NCBI GenBank assembly: GCA_029051735.1
Contig: JAIDKZ010000039.1
Location: 1 to 58,854 of the forward strand
Origin: Anaeroplasmataceae bacterium
Lineage (GTDB): Bacteria > Bacillota_I > Bacilli_A > Acholeplasmatales > Anaeroplasmataceae
Length of the DNA stretch: 58,854 nt
Reading direction: 5' to 3'
Part shown: piece by piece, positions 19,175 to 27,965 of the stretch
Position numbering within the stretch: the stretch's first letter is position 1
How the letters are laid out: each line of letters opens with the position of its first letter
The notes under the pieces: model-generated
What the model was told of the DNA's origin: nothing
Databases searched by the model: none
The model's input: the letters and a program-made list of their open reading frames with translations, nothing else
Translations under genes and position numbers: made by a program

Positions 19175-20695
19175 ATGGATCTTCAAGAACAATTTGCATA
19201 TTTAGAAGCTCATGATAACGAAAATTCTAAAGCATATTTACGTCTTTTTTTAGAGGATTCAGTAAATGAGGGAATTTTAATTCAAGAATTTTATCCTTTT
19301 TTTAGAAGGATTTTTAAAATAGAGGGTAGTAATCATCTAGCTCAAGTTTTTAAAATCGCATCCAATTATTTAGATTTATTTCCAGATTATGAGAATGGTT
19401 ATCTTTTACTTTACTTAAAGATGAATTATTACTATTCTATTGGTGATTATGTATTTGCGCTACTTTTAATTGATAAATTATCCAAATTAGATATACCACC
19501 TAACTTTAGATTATCTATTCGTATTATGCAACTGATTATTTATCAGTATCAAAATAAGCATAAAGAATTAGATGCGTTATTGAGTTTTATAGAAAATAAT
19601 GAATTTTTTATGCAAGCAAATATCTATATTCGAGGAATCTATTATGTAAATGCAACATGGATTTCTGTCATTCGTAATGATTCATTGAAAGCAAGCGATT
19701 ATTTAACTAAGATGAATCGTAGTTTAAACACAAAAAACATTTCTGCAAACTTTAAAATATATTTTACTACTACAATTAAATGCTTTGTAAATATTTTAAG
19801 TATTCAAAATGAGGCAGTAGAACAAAATATTAATAAGATAGCAACATGTTTTTATAAGTTTGTCATGAATTCTTTTTCATTTACAAATGCTTCAAATGAA
19901 GATAGTGATAACTTTATCTTTGTATTAAAGAAGTTAGCAAACATCTATACTGTGAAAATGGAGTATGAAATTTGTGAAAAAATCATTATGGATATGAAGC
20001 ATCCTATTTTACGTAATTTAATTAACTATTATAATTATTTATATCAAACCAACAACCCTTACTATTTAAAAAATGATCTTATGCGTTCTAAACATATACA
20101 AGCTTTATATGATTTTTATATTGATAATCAAAAGAGTTATGCTTATGCATTAGAAGAAACATTAAAACTTCAGACATTAGAAGAAAAACTAAATCAATTA
20201 GAATCAAAATACAGTTTTGATTTATTAACAAATTGTTACAATCGTAATTATTTAGTAGAGTTAGAAGGAAAAGAAATAGAAAACGCATGTGTCATTTATT
20301 TAGATTTAGATAATTTAAAACAGGTTAATGATACACACGGTCATAATAGTGGTGATGTATATTTAAAGGTTTTTGGAAATATTCTTTTAAAAAGTTTTAG
20401 CAAAGAAAATATGCAGGTATTCCGTTATGGTGGAGATGAATTTGTTGTATTAATTCATGGAGAAAATGAAGATTCTTATATACGATTGGTTCAAAGATTG
20501 ATTGCTTCTGCACAGACTGCTTCTTTGGCAAATTCAAATACGATATCAATAGGATTTAGTTGTGGAATTTATATTATTCGTGAGAAAAGCAAATTAAAGG
20601 ATGCCATTCATTTTGCAGATGAAGCAATGTATGAATGTAAGGCAGCAAGAAAAGAGCATAAGGATGTTTATTATGTAATTAAAAGACAGGAGTAG
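19175..20695 (+). CDS. Diguanylate cyclase (GGDEF domain) with a helical N-terminal domain of about 330 aa and unknown function
   Basis: C-terminal D.D.LK.VND..GH..GD..L and an intact RYGGDEF active-site motif. The N-terminal two-thirds is helical/TPR-like with no recognisable signature. No TM segment. Confidence 0.88.
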   Translation: MDLQEQFAYLEAHDNENSKAYLRLFLEDSVNEGILIQEFYPFFRRIFKIEGSNHLAQVFKIASNYLDLFPDYENGYLLLYLKMNYYYSIGDYVFALLLIDKLSKLDIPPNFRLSIRIMQLIIYQYQNKHKELDALLSFIENNEFFMQANIYIRGIYYVNATWISVIRNDSLKASDYLTKMNRSLNTKNISANFKIYFTTTIKCFVNILSIQNEAVEQNINKIATCFYKFVMNSFSFTNASNEDSDNFIFVLKKLANIYTVKMEYEICEKIIMDMKHPILRNLINYYNYLYQTNNPYYLKNDLMRSKHIQALYDFYIDNQKSYAYALEETLKLQTLEEKLNQLESKYSFDLLTNCYNRNYLVELEGKEIENACVIYLDLDNLKQVNDTHGHNSGDVYLKVFGNILLKSFSKENMQVFRYGGDEFVVLIHGENEDSYIRLVQRLIASAQTASLANSNTISIGFSCGIYIIREKSKLKDAIHFADEAMYECKAARKEHKDVYYVIKRQE

Positions 20696-20700
20696 TAGAA

Positions 20701-21513
20701 ATGATTGAATTTAAGGATGTTTCTTTTAAATATAATGGGAATAAAGAAAAAGCTTTAGATCATGTGTCTTTTCAAGTAGAAGAGGGACAATGGGTTTCTA
20801 TTATTGGTCATAATGGAAGTGGAAAATCAACTATTACAAAACTTTTAATTGGATTGCTAGAACCATTAGAGGGTGAAATTTGGTTTGAAAATACAAAGGT
20901 AGAAGAAAAAACGATTGATTTGATTAGAAGGAAAGTGGGAATTGTTTTTCAAAATCCTGATAATCAATTTGTTGGTTATAATGTGAGATATGATATTGCT
21001 TTTGGATTAGAAAATCGTATGGTACCAAGAGATGAGATGCTAAAAAGAATCGCAGAATTTACAAAAAAAGTTGATATGGAAAATGAATTAGATCGAGAGC
21101 CTCAGACCTTATCAGGAGGGCAAAAACAACGAGTTGCAATTGCAGGAATTTTAGCAATGAATTGTGATGTAATTATTTTAGATGAAGCAACCTCTATGTT
21201 AGATCCAGAAGGAACAGAAGAAATTACAAAACTGATTATTGATTTAAAGAGAAAATATCATAAAACAATTATAACGATAACACATGATTTATCTCTTGCA
21301 AATTATAGTGATTTAATTTTTGTTTTAAAGGATGGTCATTTAATTGAACAAGGAACTCCAAGTGAGGTTTTTCAAAATCGAGATTTGTTACGTAGTTCTA
21401 ATTTAGATATGCCTTTTTCTTTACGTTTTTATAATGAAGCAAAGGATAATAAAATATTAAGCCAGGATGAGAGGTTGATGAATGCTTTATGGGAATATCA
21501 TTTAAAGAAGTAA
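20701..21513 (+). CDS. ecfA1: Energy-coupling factor (ECF) transporter ATPase A1
   Basis: Walker A GHNGSGKST, FQNPDNQ, LSGGQKQRVAIAG, IILDEATSMLD, and the ITHD H-loop. ecfA1-ecfA2-ecfT-truA order. Confidence 0.94.
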   Translation: MIEFKDVSFKYNGNKEKALDHVSFQVEEGQWVSIIGHNGSGKSTITKLLIGLLEPLEGEIWFENTKVEEKTIDLIRRKVGIVFQNPDNQFVGYNVRYDIAFGLENRMVPRDEMLKRIAEFTKKVDMENELDREPQTLSGGQKQRVAIAGILAMNCDVIILDEATSMLDPEGTEEITKLIIDLKRKYHKTIITITHDLSLANYSDLIFVLKDGHLIEQGTPSEVFQNRDLLRSSNLDMPFSLRFYNEAKDNKILSQDERLMNALWEYHLKK

Positions 21514-22349
21514 GCCATCTTTATCCAACAAATAAACGAAAGGTTTATACAGTGGCTTTAGATAAAATTAATTTAAATATAAATGCAACAGGTGAGTTTG
21601 TAGCCCTTGTAGGAAAAACAGGGAGTGGCAAATCTACTTTGATGGAGCATATGAATGCTTTACTTTTACCAACAAGTGGTACAGTGAATATTTTTGAAAA
21701 TATCATTACTCCTCATAAAAATAAAAATCCAAAATTGAAAAATGTTAGGAAAAAAGTGGGATTTGTTTTTCAGTTTCCAGAATATCAGTTGTTTGAAGAA
21801 ACCGTATTAAAGGATATTATGTTTGCAAGCAAAAATTTTGGCTATTCAAATGAAGAAGCACAACAACATGCAGAGCAAACTGCTAGACTTTTAAAAATAG
21901 ATGATAAACTTTTAAAACGCTCTCCTTTCACATTGTCTGGTGGACAAATGCGCAAAGTCGCTATAGCTGGAATTTTAGCATATAACCCAGATATCATTTT
22001 ATTAGATGAGCCTACAAGAGGATTGGATCCTAAGTCAGCAGAAGAAATTATGGAATTATTTCATGAGATTCATCAAAGTACAAATAAGACTTTTATTTTG
22101 ATTTCTCATGATATGAATTTGGTTTATAAATATGCGAATCGCGTTGTTGTTTTAAATCAAAGTAAAATTGTATTTGATGGTGATAAGAAAGAACTTTTTT
22201 CTTCCACAATCTATGAAGAGAATCATTTAACCAAACCAGATGTCTTACATATGATTGATTATTTAAATGAAACTATGGGATATAAATTGAATTACGATAG
22301 TTATGATGAGGTGGAACTACTAGAAAAGGTGGTGAAGCTTCATGAATAA
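21489..22349 (+). CDS. ecfA2: Energy-coupling factor (ECF) transporter ATPase A2
   Basis: Walker A GKTGSGKST, FQFPEYQLF, LSGGQMRKVAIAG, LLDEPTRGLDP, and the ISHD H-loop. 25-nt overlap with ecfA1. Confidence 0.94.
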   Translation: MGISFKEVSHLYPTNKRKVYTVALDKINLNINATGEFVALVGKTGSGKSTLMEHMNALLLPTSGTVNIFENIITPHKNKNPKLKNVRKKVGFVFQFPEYQLFEETVLKDIMFASKNFGYSNEEAQQHAEQTARLLKIDDKLLKRSPFTLSGGQMRKVAIAGILAYNPDIILLDEPTRGLDPKSAEEIMELFHEIHQSTNKTFILISHDMNLVYKYANRVVVLNQSKIVFDGDKKELFSSTIYEENHLTKPDVLHMIDYLNETMGYKLNYDSYDEVELLEKVVKLHE

Positions 22350-23310
22350 TATAATGATAGGACAATATGTTTATGGGAATTCATGGATATATAAGATGGA
22401 TCCTAGAGCAAAGGTGTTATTGACTATTTTACTTATTGTAATTATTTTTTTAATACCAAATCTTTATGGAATGCTAATTGCTTTTTTAGTATTTTTATTG
22501 ATTTTTTTATCTACTAGAGTATCTATTTTGCGGGTGATTAGGGGACTTAAGCCTCTATTGTTTTTGTTAATTTTTACCTTTATTTTGCAGTTGATATATA
22601 ATACTGAAGGAGAGCTTCTTTATACTTTTCATATGCAAATAGGTTTATTTAATTTGCTAATTTTAATTGGTGTTTTAATTTTCTATTTTTTAACAAAAAA
22701 GTTTATAAAATTGAAAATATTATATACGCTTCTTATTTTTGCTGCAGAATTTTTAATTCTTTGGTTTGTGAAATTTGACTTACTATGTTGGGCAAATTTT
22801 GATTTTAATGTTTATGATTCTGGTCTTATGAATGCTAGTTTTGTATTTCTTAGAATTATTATGATGATTGGTATAACCTCTCTTTTAACACTATCTACAA
22901 TGTCTATGGATATAAATAATGGATTGGAGTGGCTGTTAGCTCCACTTAAATTGATTAAAATTCCAGTTAGTGTGTTTTCTATGACAATTGCTTTAACCTT
23001 ACGTTTTATTCCAACACTTTATGAGGAGTCTAAAAAAATTATGAATGCCCAAGCCTCTAGAGGTGTTGACTTTCAAGAAGGAAAACTAAAGGATAAAGTA
23101 ACACAGATTATATCCTTATTGATTCCAATGTTTGTAATTTCTTTTAGAAGAGCAGAGGATTTATCAAATGCTATGGAAGCAAGAGGATATATTATTGGTG
23201 CGAAACGAACAAAACTAGATGAACTGAAATTTCGTTGGCGAGATTATATAGCTTTTGTTGTATGTTTAGCATGTTTAGGCTTGGCGATATGGAGTAATTT
23301 CATTGGCTAG
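22342..23310 (+). CDS. ecfT: ECF transporter transmembrane (T) component
   Basis: YKMDPRAK start region, multiple TM helices and the conserved ARG motif region (NAQASRG...AMEARGY). At 322 aa it is longer than typical EcfT because of an extra hydrophobic insert. Confidence 0.9.
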   Translation: MNNIMIGQYVYGNSWIYKMDPRAKVLLTILLIVIIFLIPNLYGMLIAFLVFLLIFLSTRVSILRVIRGLKPLLFLLIFTFILQLIYNTEGELLYTFHMQIGLFNLLILIGVLIFYFLTKKFIKLKILYTLLIFAAEFLILWFVKFDLLCWANFDFNVYDSGLMNASFVFLRIIMMIGITSLLTLSTMSMDINNGLEWLLAPLKLIKIPVSVFSMTIALTLRFIPTLYEESKKIMNAQASRGVDFQEGKLKDKVTQIISLLIPMFVISFRRAEDLSNAMEARGYIIGAKRTKLDELKFRWRDYIAFVVCLACLGLAIWSNFIG

Positions 23311-24049
23311 ATATAAAATTACATTAAGCTATGATGGATTTAATTATATGGGATTTCAAATCCAAAATGCTCTTCCAACTGTTGAATTAGCATTGAAAAA
23401 GGCTTTTTCAGCTTTGATACATGAGGATGTGAAAATAAATCCATCAGGCAGAACGGATCGTGGAGTACATGCGGTTGGCCAAGTTATCCATGTGGATTTA
23501 AATGTTGACATACCAACAAATGGATTAAAAAAAGGGTTGAATGCTTATTTACCATCTGATATTTTTATAAAGGATGTAGAAATTGTTAATGAGACTTTTC
23601 ATGCAAGATTTAGTGCGGTAAAGAAAGAATATCGATACTATATTAATATAAAAGAATATAATCCACTAACCTGTAGATATAGCCCATATATACCTAATTT
23701 AGATTTAGAACAAATGAGAAAGGCTGCAGATGTGTTTGTTGGAACTCATGATTTTAAAGCATTTGCTTCAGCAAGCATAGATCCACGCAAACCAACCGTC
23801 AAAACGATTTATAAAATTGATATTAATCAAAAAGATGGATATTTAGAGTTTTGTTTTATTGGCAATGCATTTTTGAAATATCAAATTAGAAGAATGATGG
23901 GGATTATTGTTGAGGCGGGTAAGCATAGGTATACCATAGACCAAATCCTTCATATCTTAGAATCCTTAGATCCAAAAGAATCTAAATATATATTAGATGG
24001 ATGTGGATTATATTTATATCAAGTGGATTATGATTATCATAAGGAATGA
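23303..24049 (+). CDS. truA: tRNA pseudouridine(38-40) synthase
   Basis: Y.GF..Q, catalytic GRTDRGVHA, HDF..F, and the F.+.QIRRM.G motif. TTG start overlapping the ecfT stop. Confidence 0.94.
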   Translation: MARYKITLSYDGFNYMGFQIQNALPTVELALKKAFSALIHEDVKINPSGRTDRGVHAVGQVIHVDLNVDIPTNGLKKGLNAYLPSDIFIKDVEIVNETFHARFSAVKKEYRYYINIKEYNPLTCRYSPYIPNLDLEQMRKAADVFVGTHDFKAFASASIDPRKPTVKTIYKIDINQKDGYLEFCFIGNAFLKYQIRRMMGIIVEAGKHRYTIDQILHILESLDPKESKYILDGCGLYLYQVDYDYHKE

Positions 24050-24052
24050 AAT

Positions 24053-24080
24053 GTGAGTTTTTAAAAACTTGCATTTTTTT
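24053..24080 (+). terminator. Weak candidate terminator after truA
   Basis: AT-rich 8-bp stem with two G-U pairs (gtgagttt / aaacttgc), loop ttaa, followed by aTTTTTTT. Confidence 0.35.
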
Positions 24081-24163
24081 AATTTTCTTTTGCTTTTTTT
24101 GATTTTCCTTTTCTACAATTTAATGTATAATTAATATAATGATTTTAATTGGAGGTTTATAAT

Positions 24164-25120
24164 ATGTTGTTTGGTCGAAAGAAAAATTTAAAACAAGAAA
24201 AAATAGAGGATGAAAAAGTAATTGTTCCAGAAGAGGTTAAACAAGAACCTGTCCGTGTAGAAGAACCAAAGCTTGAGAATAAAGAGGAGTTAAGACAACC
24301 AGTTGTTGAAGAAATTACAAAACGATATGTCTATAGTTTTCGAGCTCGATTAATTCAAAGTGAAGATGAAAATGTAAAGGATTTCTACTATACAATGCTA
24401 GAAGCATTCCAAAATTATGGGATAAAGACAAGAGAAAGTTTCCGTCAAATTCGTTGTTATATAGGAAGAGAAGTCTTATGCTTATTGTTATTTAAGGGCA
24501 AAAAGTTAAGTGTAGCGTATGCATTAGACCCCAAAAAATATGAAGAAGGAAAATATAAAATTATAGATGCTAGTGAATCTAAAAGATTTCAAAATACACC
24601 TGTTATTTTGAAATTGACTTCCACTAGAAAAATTAAATATGCTTTAGAATTGTTAAAGACTTTAGCAGAACAACATGAGCTAAACTTTGTTGAAAAAGAA
24701 TTTAAGAAAGAACCAATTCCTTCATGGAGTTTTGATGAGCTTTTAAATCGCAAATTAATCAAGATTGTTTATGGTAAAGGAAAAATAGGAGCTACTATAG
24801 AAGAATTAGAAGATGAATTAGATGATTTAGAATTAGAAGATTTTGATATAGAAACTGAAGTTTCCTCCCCTAAAAGAACTAAGAAAAATCGTAGAATGGC
24901 TATTATCAATTTAGATTCTATTTCAAAATATTTTCAACATGAAGAGGTTATCTCTTTATCTGTTTTACAAGATAAAGGCTTGATTTCCCACAAGTATAAT
25001 GCAGTAAAGGTCCTTGCAAGAGGAACAGTAGATAAGCCATTTACAGTTGAAGCGGACCAATATTCAGCAGAAGCTAAAAGTAAAATAGTAGCTGCTGGTG
25101 GGTCTTTTAAAATAGTTTAA
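24164..25120 (+). CDS. Protein of unknown function with a C-terminal uL15-like domain
   Basis: GGAGG lies 8 nt upstream of the ATG at 24164. K/E-rich N-terminus, then a central domain (YSFRARLIQS...KGKKLSVAYALDPKKYEEGKYKIID). The last 75 aa or so (AIINLDSI...KVLARGTVDKPFTVEADQYSAEAKSKIVAAGGSFKIV) align with the C-terminus of bacterial L15 as I recall it. Confidence 0.8.
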   Translation: MLFGRKKNLKQEKIEDEKVIVPEEVKQEPVRVEEPKLENKEELRQPVVEEITKRYVYSFRARLIQSEDENVKDFYYTMLEAFQNYGIKTRESFRQIRCYIGREVLCLLLFKGKKLSVAYALDPKKYEEGKYKIIDASESKRFQNTPVILKLTSTRKIKYALELLKTLAEQHELNFVEKEFKKEPIPSWSFDELLNRKLIKIVYGKGKIGATIEELEDELDDLELEDFDIETEVSSPKRTKKNRRMAIINLDSISKYFQHEEVISLSVLQDKGLISHKYNAVKVLARGTVDKPFTVEADQYSAEAKSKIVAAGGSFKIV

Positions 25121-25132
25121 AGGAAATATGAT

Positions 25133-25810
25133 ATGAATATCATTTTAAAAATAAAAAGATTTATTCCTTTAATCATAGATATTATTGTATCAATCATTAC
25201 TTTAATCGTTTACTCGCTAACTAGTGAGAAATTAGAATTTTTAGTTTATTTGCAAATATGTATTGGCCCAATTGTTTTGCTAGCATTAGAACTTTTAAAT
25301 AAAACGAAATTGATTCGAATTCCTTTATTTGTGACAGCAATTATTACATCTCATTTAATTATTGCATTAGATTTAGGAAGTGCTTTAAATTTTTATGATA
25401 AAATAGGCTGTTGGGACTTGATAGCCCATGGATATTTTGGATTTGTAGCTAGCTTTTTGGTATTAACAGTTTTATTAAATTTTAATGGAGATAAATTGAA
25501 GTTTATTCTTTTGCTAGGTATTATTTTATTTATTGTTATTGGCTTTGGTGGCTTTTGGGAAATTATTGAGTTTACCTGTGATGCTGTATTAGATTTAGAC
25601 TCACAAAGAATTGAAGAATCTATTGCTTTGGGGCATACCCCTGTGTGGGATACGATGATGGATTTAATTATTACAGTTCCTGGAGTTCTATCCTTTTGGC
25701 TTGTTATGATGATTGATCAGTATTTTGGTGGTAAGCTTTATAACCATTTATTAGTGAATAGTAAAAAAATAGAAAAACAAAACATTTCATCAGTAGAAGA
25801 GACCAATTAA
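25133..25810 (+). CDS. Multi-pass membrane protein, possibly DUF2238/YjdF-like
   Basis: 6-7 hydrophobic helices. WDLIAHGYFGF, WEIIEF and PVWDTMMDL resemble the DUF2238 pattern as I remember it. 12-nt gap to the upstream gene, so probably co-transcribed. Confidence 0.7.
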   Translation: MNIILKIKRFIPLIIDIIVSIITLIVYSLTSEKLEFLVYLQICIGPIVLLALELLNKTKLIRIPLFVTAIITSHLIIALDLGSALNFYDKIGCWDLIAHGYFGFVASFLVLTVLLNFNGDKLKFILLLGIILFIVIGFGGFWEIIEFTCDAVLDLDSQRIEESIALGHTPVWDTMMDLIITVPGVLSFWLVMMIDQYFGGKLYNHLLVNSKKIEKQNISSVEETN

Positions 25811-25827
25811 ATGGGTCTCTTTTTTTG
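25797..25827 (+). terminator. Intrinsic terminator
   Basis: Stem aagagacc (25797-25804) / ggtctctt (25814-25821), 9-nt loop containing the TAA stop, then a T7 run. Confidence 0.75.
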
Positions 25828-25860
25828 TAAAAAAATGCACTATTTTATTTAAAAAATGTA

Positions 25861-25869
25861 TGTTATAAT
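25861..25869 (+). promoter_or_regulatory. Candidate extended -10 promoter of the HD-GYP gene
   Basis: TGtTATAAT at 25861-25869. Only a weak -35 (tttatt) lies 17 nt upstream. Confidence 0.4.
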
Positions 25870-25889
25870 AGAAAATGAGGTGGAATAGC

Positions 25890-27680
25890 ATGCAAACTAG
25901 AATTGATAAATATTTAGAGAATTTGAATAAGATAGTAGCATTAGATGACCAGACAGATTATAAGAATTTATCAATAGATGATTTGCTTGAAGTTTTATAT
26001 CAGAATGCAGTATTAAAAAATAAATTGGCAAATGAAAATAATCAATTAATTCAAGAAGTAATTAAACCTTTAGAATTAAAAAAAGAATTATTAAAAGAAG
26101 AACGAGAAAAGATTGAAGAATTCATTTTAATTCTTCAAACGGGGTATGAATCTAAAGATAATGGAATGTTATTTCGGTTATATCAAATTTTGTTGCATGA
26201 CGCTCTATCAAAAAATAATTTAAATCAAATCATAAAATGTCTTTATTATTGTTCATATTATGATTTTTTAATCCAATCAATGCATCCTAGAAAATATCGA
26301 ACGAGTTCCTTTAATTTGATAGAAAAATATAAAGATTCTTATGATTTGTTATCTGTGGAAGGCAAAAGTTATTTTTTGCGTTGTTATGGAAATCAAACAT
26401 TAATGGAAGATTATTCTTTAACAAAATTTAAAGAGATTCTAGATTTCATCAAATTAAAAAAGGAAACAGAACCCAATGAAAAAATACCTTATGATGCTTA
26501 TATTGTAGCAACCGAAAAAAACATTTGTAATGGATTAGAAATAATTAGAAGTTATACGGATCAAGGAATAGAAGTTCCAACTGAACTAAAGGAAGGAATT
26601 TATGAGGTTGCTTCTCATCTTTATAAAAATTTGGATTCTATTGCAAAAACAAGTTTGCCTATTCGACAAGTATATCTTTATTCTTATTATGCTGCTTGTT
26701 TTCATAATAATAAAATAACAGTTGATGATTTTTTAGATAAGTTAGATAGTTTGACTAAGATAGATGAATCTTATAGTTTGGCGGAAAAATCCACTTGTAT
26801 CATTAAGATGAATAGTGTATATATTTTATATTATATGAAGTATAAAGTTAAAGATAAAAGTACTTTAAAAAAAGATTTGAAAGATAGAATTGAAATGATT
26901 TTATCCTTTGTTAAAACCATTAAAGCTTCTGAGTATACTAGAAATATGAATTCAGATTTAATATCCTTTATTCAAATAGCTTCTAAATTTTATCCGTATG
27001 AGGATTTAGAACCACTATTAATTCAAGCTACCGCTAAAAGACATACACCAACTGCAATTCATTCTCAGTCTGTAGCTGAGCTTTGTAGAATTGTTCTTGA
27101 ATATATGTTAGATACAAATCCTGAATTCTTTTTGGGAATATTAGATAATTATAGTTTGAGTGAAATATTACTTCATCGAGAGGATTTAATGAAACTCATT
27201 TATCGAATGGGAATGATTCATGATATTGGAAAATATTATTGTATTCCATATATTTCTATTAATTACCGGAAATTAGAAGATGCAGAATTTGAAGCAATTA
27301 AATTTCATCCGATTTTGGGCTATGATATGCTAAATGGAAATTTCCCTGATGCTTTATGTGATGCAGTACTTTATCATCACGTATGGCATGACAATACAAA
27401 GGGATATCCTTTGGATTATAAACATACAAATAACTTACCACTGATTGATATTTTATCCGCTTGTGATACTATAGATGCTGCTGTTGATTTTTTAGGACGC
27501 AGTTATGTCATGTCAAAAACATTTAGTCAGTTATTAGTAGAGTTTAATGAATTTAAAGGAACGCGTTATTCAAAAGAGATTGTAGAAGCTTTAAATTCTG
27601 AAGTTTTGCGTGCAAAAATTGAAAGTTATTTAAAAAACAGAAGAAAACAAATTGTTTATCAGGCATTTATATTAGAATAA
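25890..27680 (+). CDS. HD-GYP domain protein (putative c-di-GMP phosphodiesterase) with a large N-terminal domain of unknown function
   Basis: C-terminal H...MIHDIGKYY (HD) and HHVWHDNTKGYP (GYP) motifs. The ATG at 25890 follows GAGGTGG. The N-terminal 380 aa or so is helical with no signature I recognise. Confidence 0.85.
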   Translation: MQTRIDKYLENLNKIVALDDQTDYKNLSIDDLLEVLYQNAVLKNKLANENNQLIQEVIKPLELKKELLKEEREKIEEFILILQTGYESKDNGMLFRLYQILLHDALSKNNLNQIIKCLYYCSYYDFLIQSMHPRKYRTSSFNLIEKYKDSYDLLSVEGKSYFLRCYGNQTLMEDYSLTKFKEILDFIKLKKETEPNEKIPYDAYIVATEKNICNGLEIIRSYTDQGIEVPTELKEGIYEVASHLYKNLDSIAKTSLPIRQVYLYSYYAACFHNNKITVDDFLDKLDSLTKIDESYSLAEKSTCIIKMNSVYILYYMKYKVKDKSTLKKDLKDRIEMILSFVKTIKASEYTRNMNSDLISFIQIASKFYPYEDLEPLLIQATAKRHTPTAIHSQSVAELCRIVLEYMLDTNPEFFLGILDNYSLSEILLHREDLMKLIYRMGMIHDIGKYYCIPYISINYRKLEDAEFEAIKFHPILGYDMLNGNFPDALCDAVLYHHVWHDNTKGYPLDYKHTNNLPLIDILSACDTIDAAVDFLGRSYVMSKTFSQLLVEFNEFKGTRYSKEIVEALNSEVLRAKIESYLKNRRKQIVYQAFILE

Positions 27681-27691
27681 TAAAAAAATTT

Positions 27692-27720
27692 GGAAGCTGA
27701 ATGGCTTCCTAATTTTTTTA
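27692..27720 (+). terminator. Intrinsic terminator after the HD-GYP gene
   Basis: Stem ggaagc (27692-27697) / gcttcc (27704-27709), loop tgaatg, then taaTTTTTTT. Confidence 0.5.
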
Positions 27721-27740
27721 TTTTTTTCATACGATTTTTC

Positions 27741-27769
27741 TTGACTTGTTTGACTAATTCTATTATAAT
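27741..27769 (+). promoter_or_regulatory. Sigma-A promoter of rpoBC
   Basis: TTGACT (27741-27746), exactly 17 nt, TATAAT (27764-27769). A second overlapping TTGACT at 27750 has the wrong spacing. Confidence 0.7.
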
Positions 27770-27840
27770 AATAAAATGCGTATTGTTGCATTTTTGAGGC
27801 AAAGTTATGCTTTAAAAATATATATTTTTATATAAATTTC

Positions 27841-27939
27841 ATCGCATTTTGCGATTGATATACATTTTTCGTGGGGATCATGAGGAAGGCTATGAGACAA
27901 GCCGGATTGCGTAATTTACGAAGCCTTAGGGTAGCCTCA
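27841..27939 (+). promoter_or_regulatory. Structured 5' leader of rpoB (two candidate stem-loop elements)
   Basis: Hairpin atcgca-ttt-tgcgat (27841-27855). Composite helix tgagg+aaggct (27881-27891) pairing with agcctt (27922-27927) and cctca (27935-27939), enclosing the hairpin cgta-att-tacg (27910-27920). Confidence 0.4.
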
Positions 27940-27965
27940 AATAAAGAAAGGAAATTTAAGGGAAT

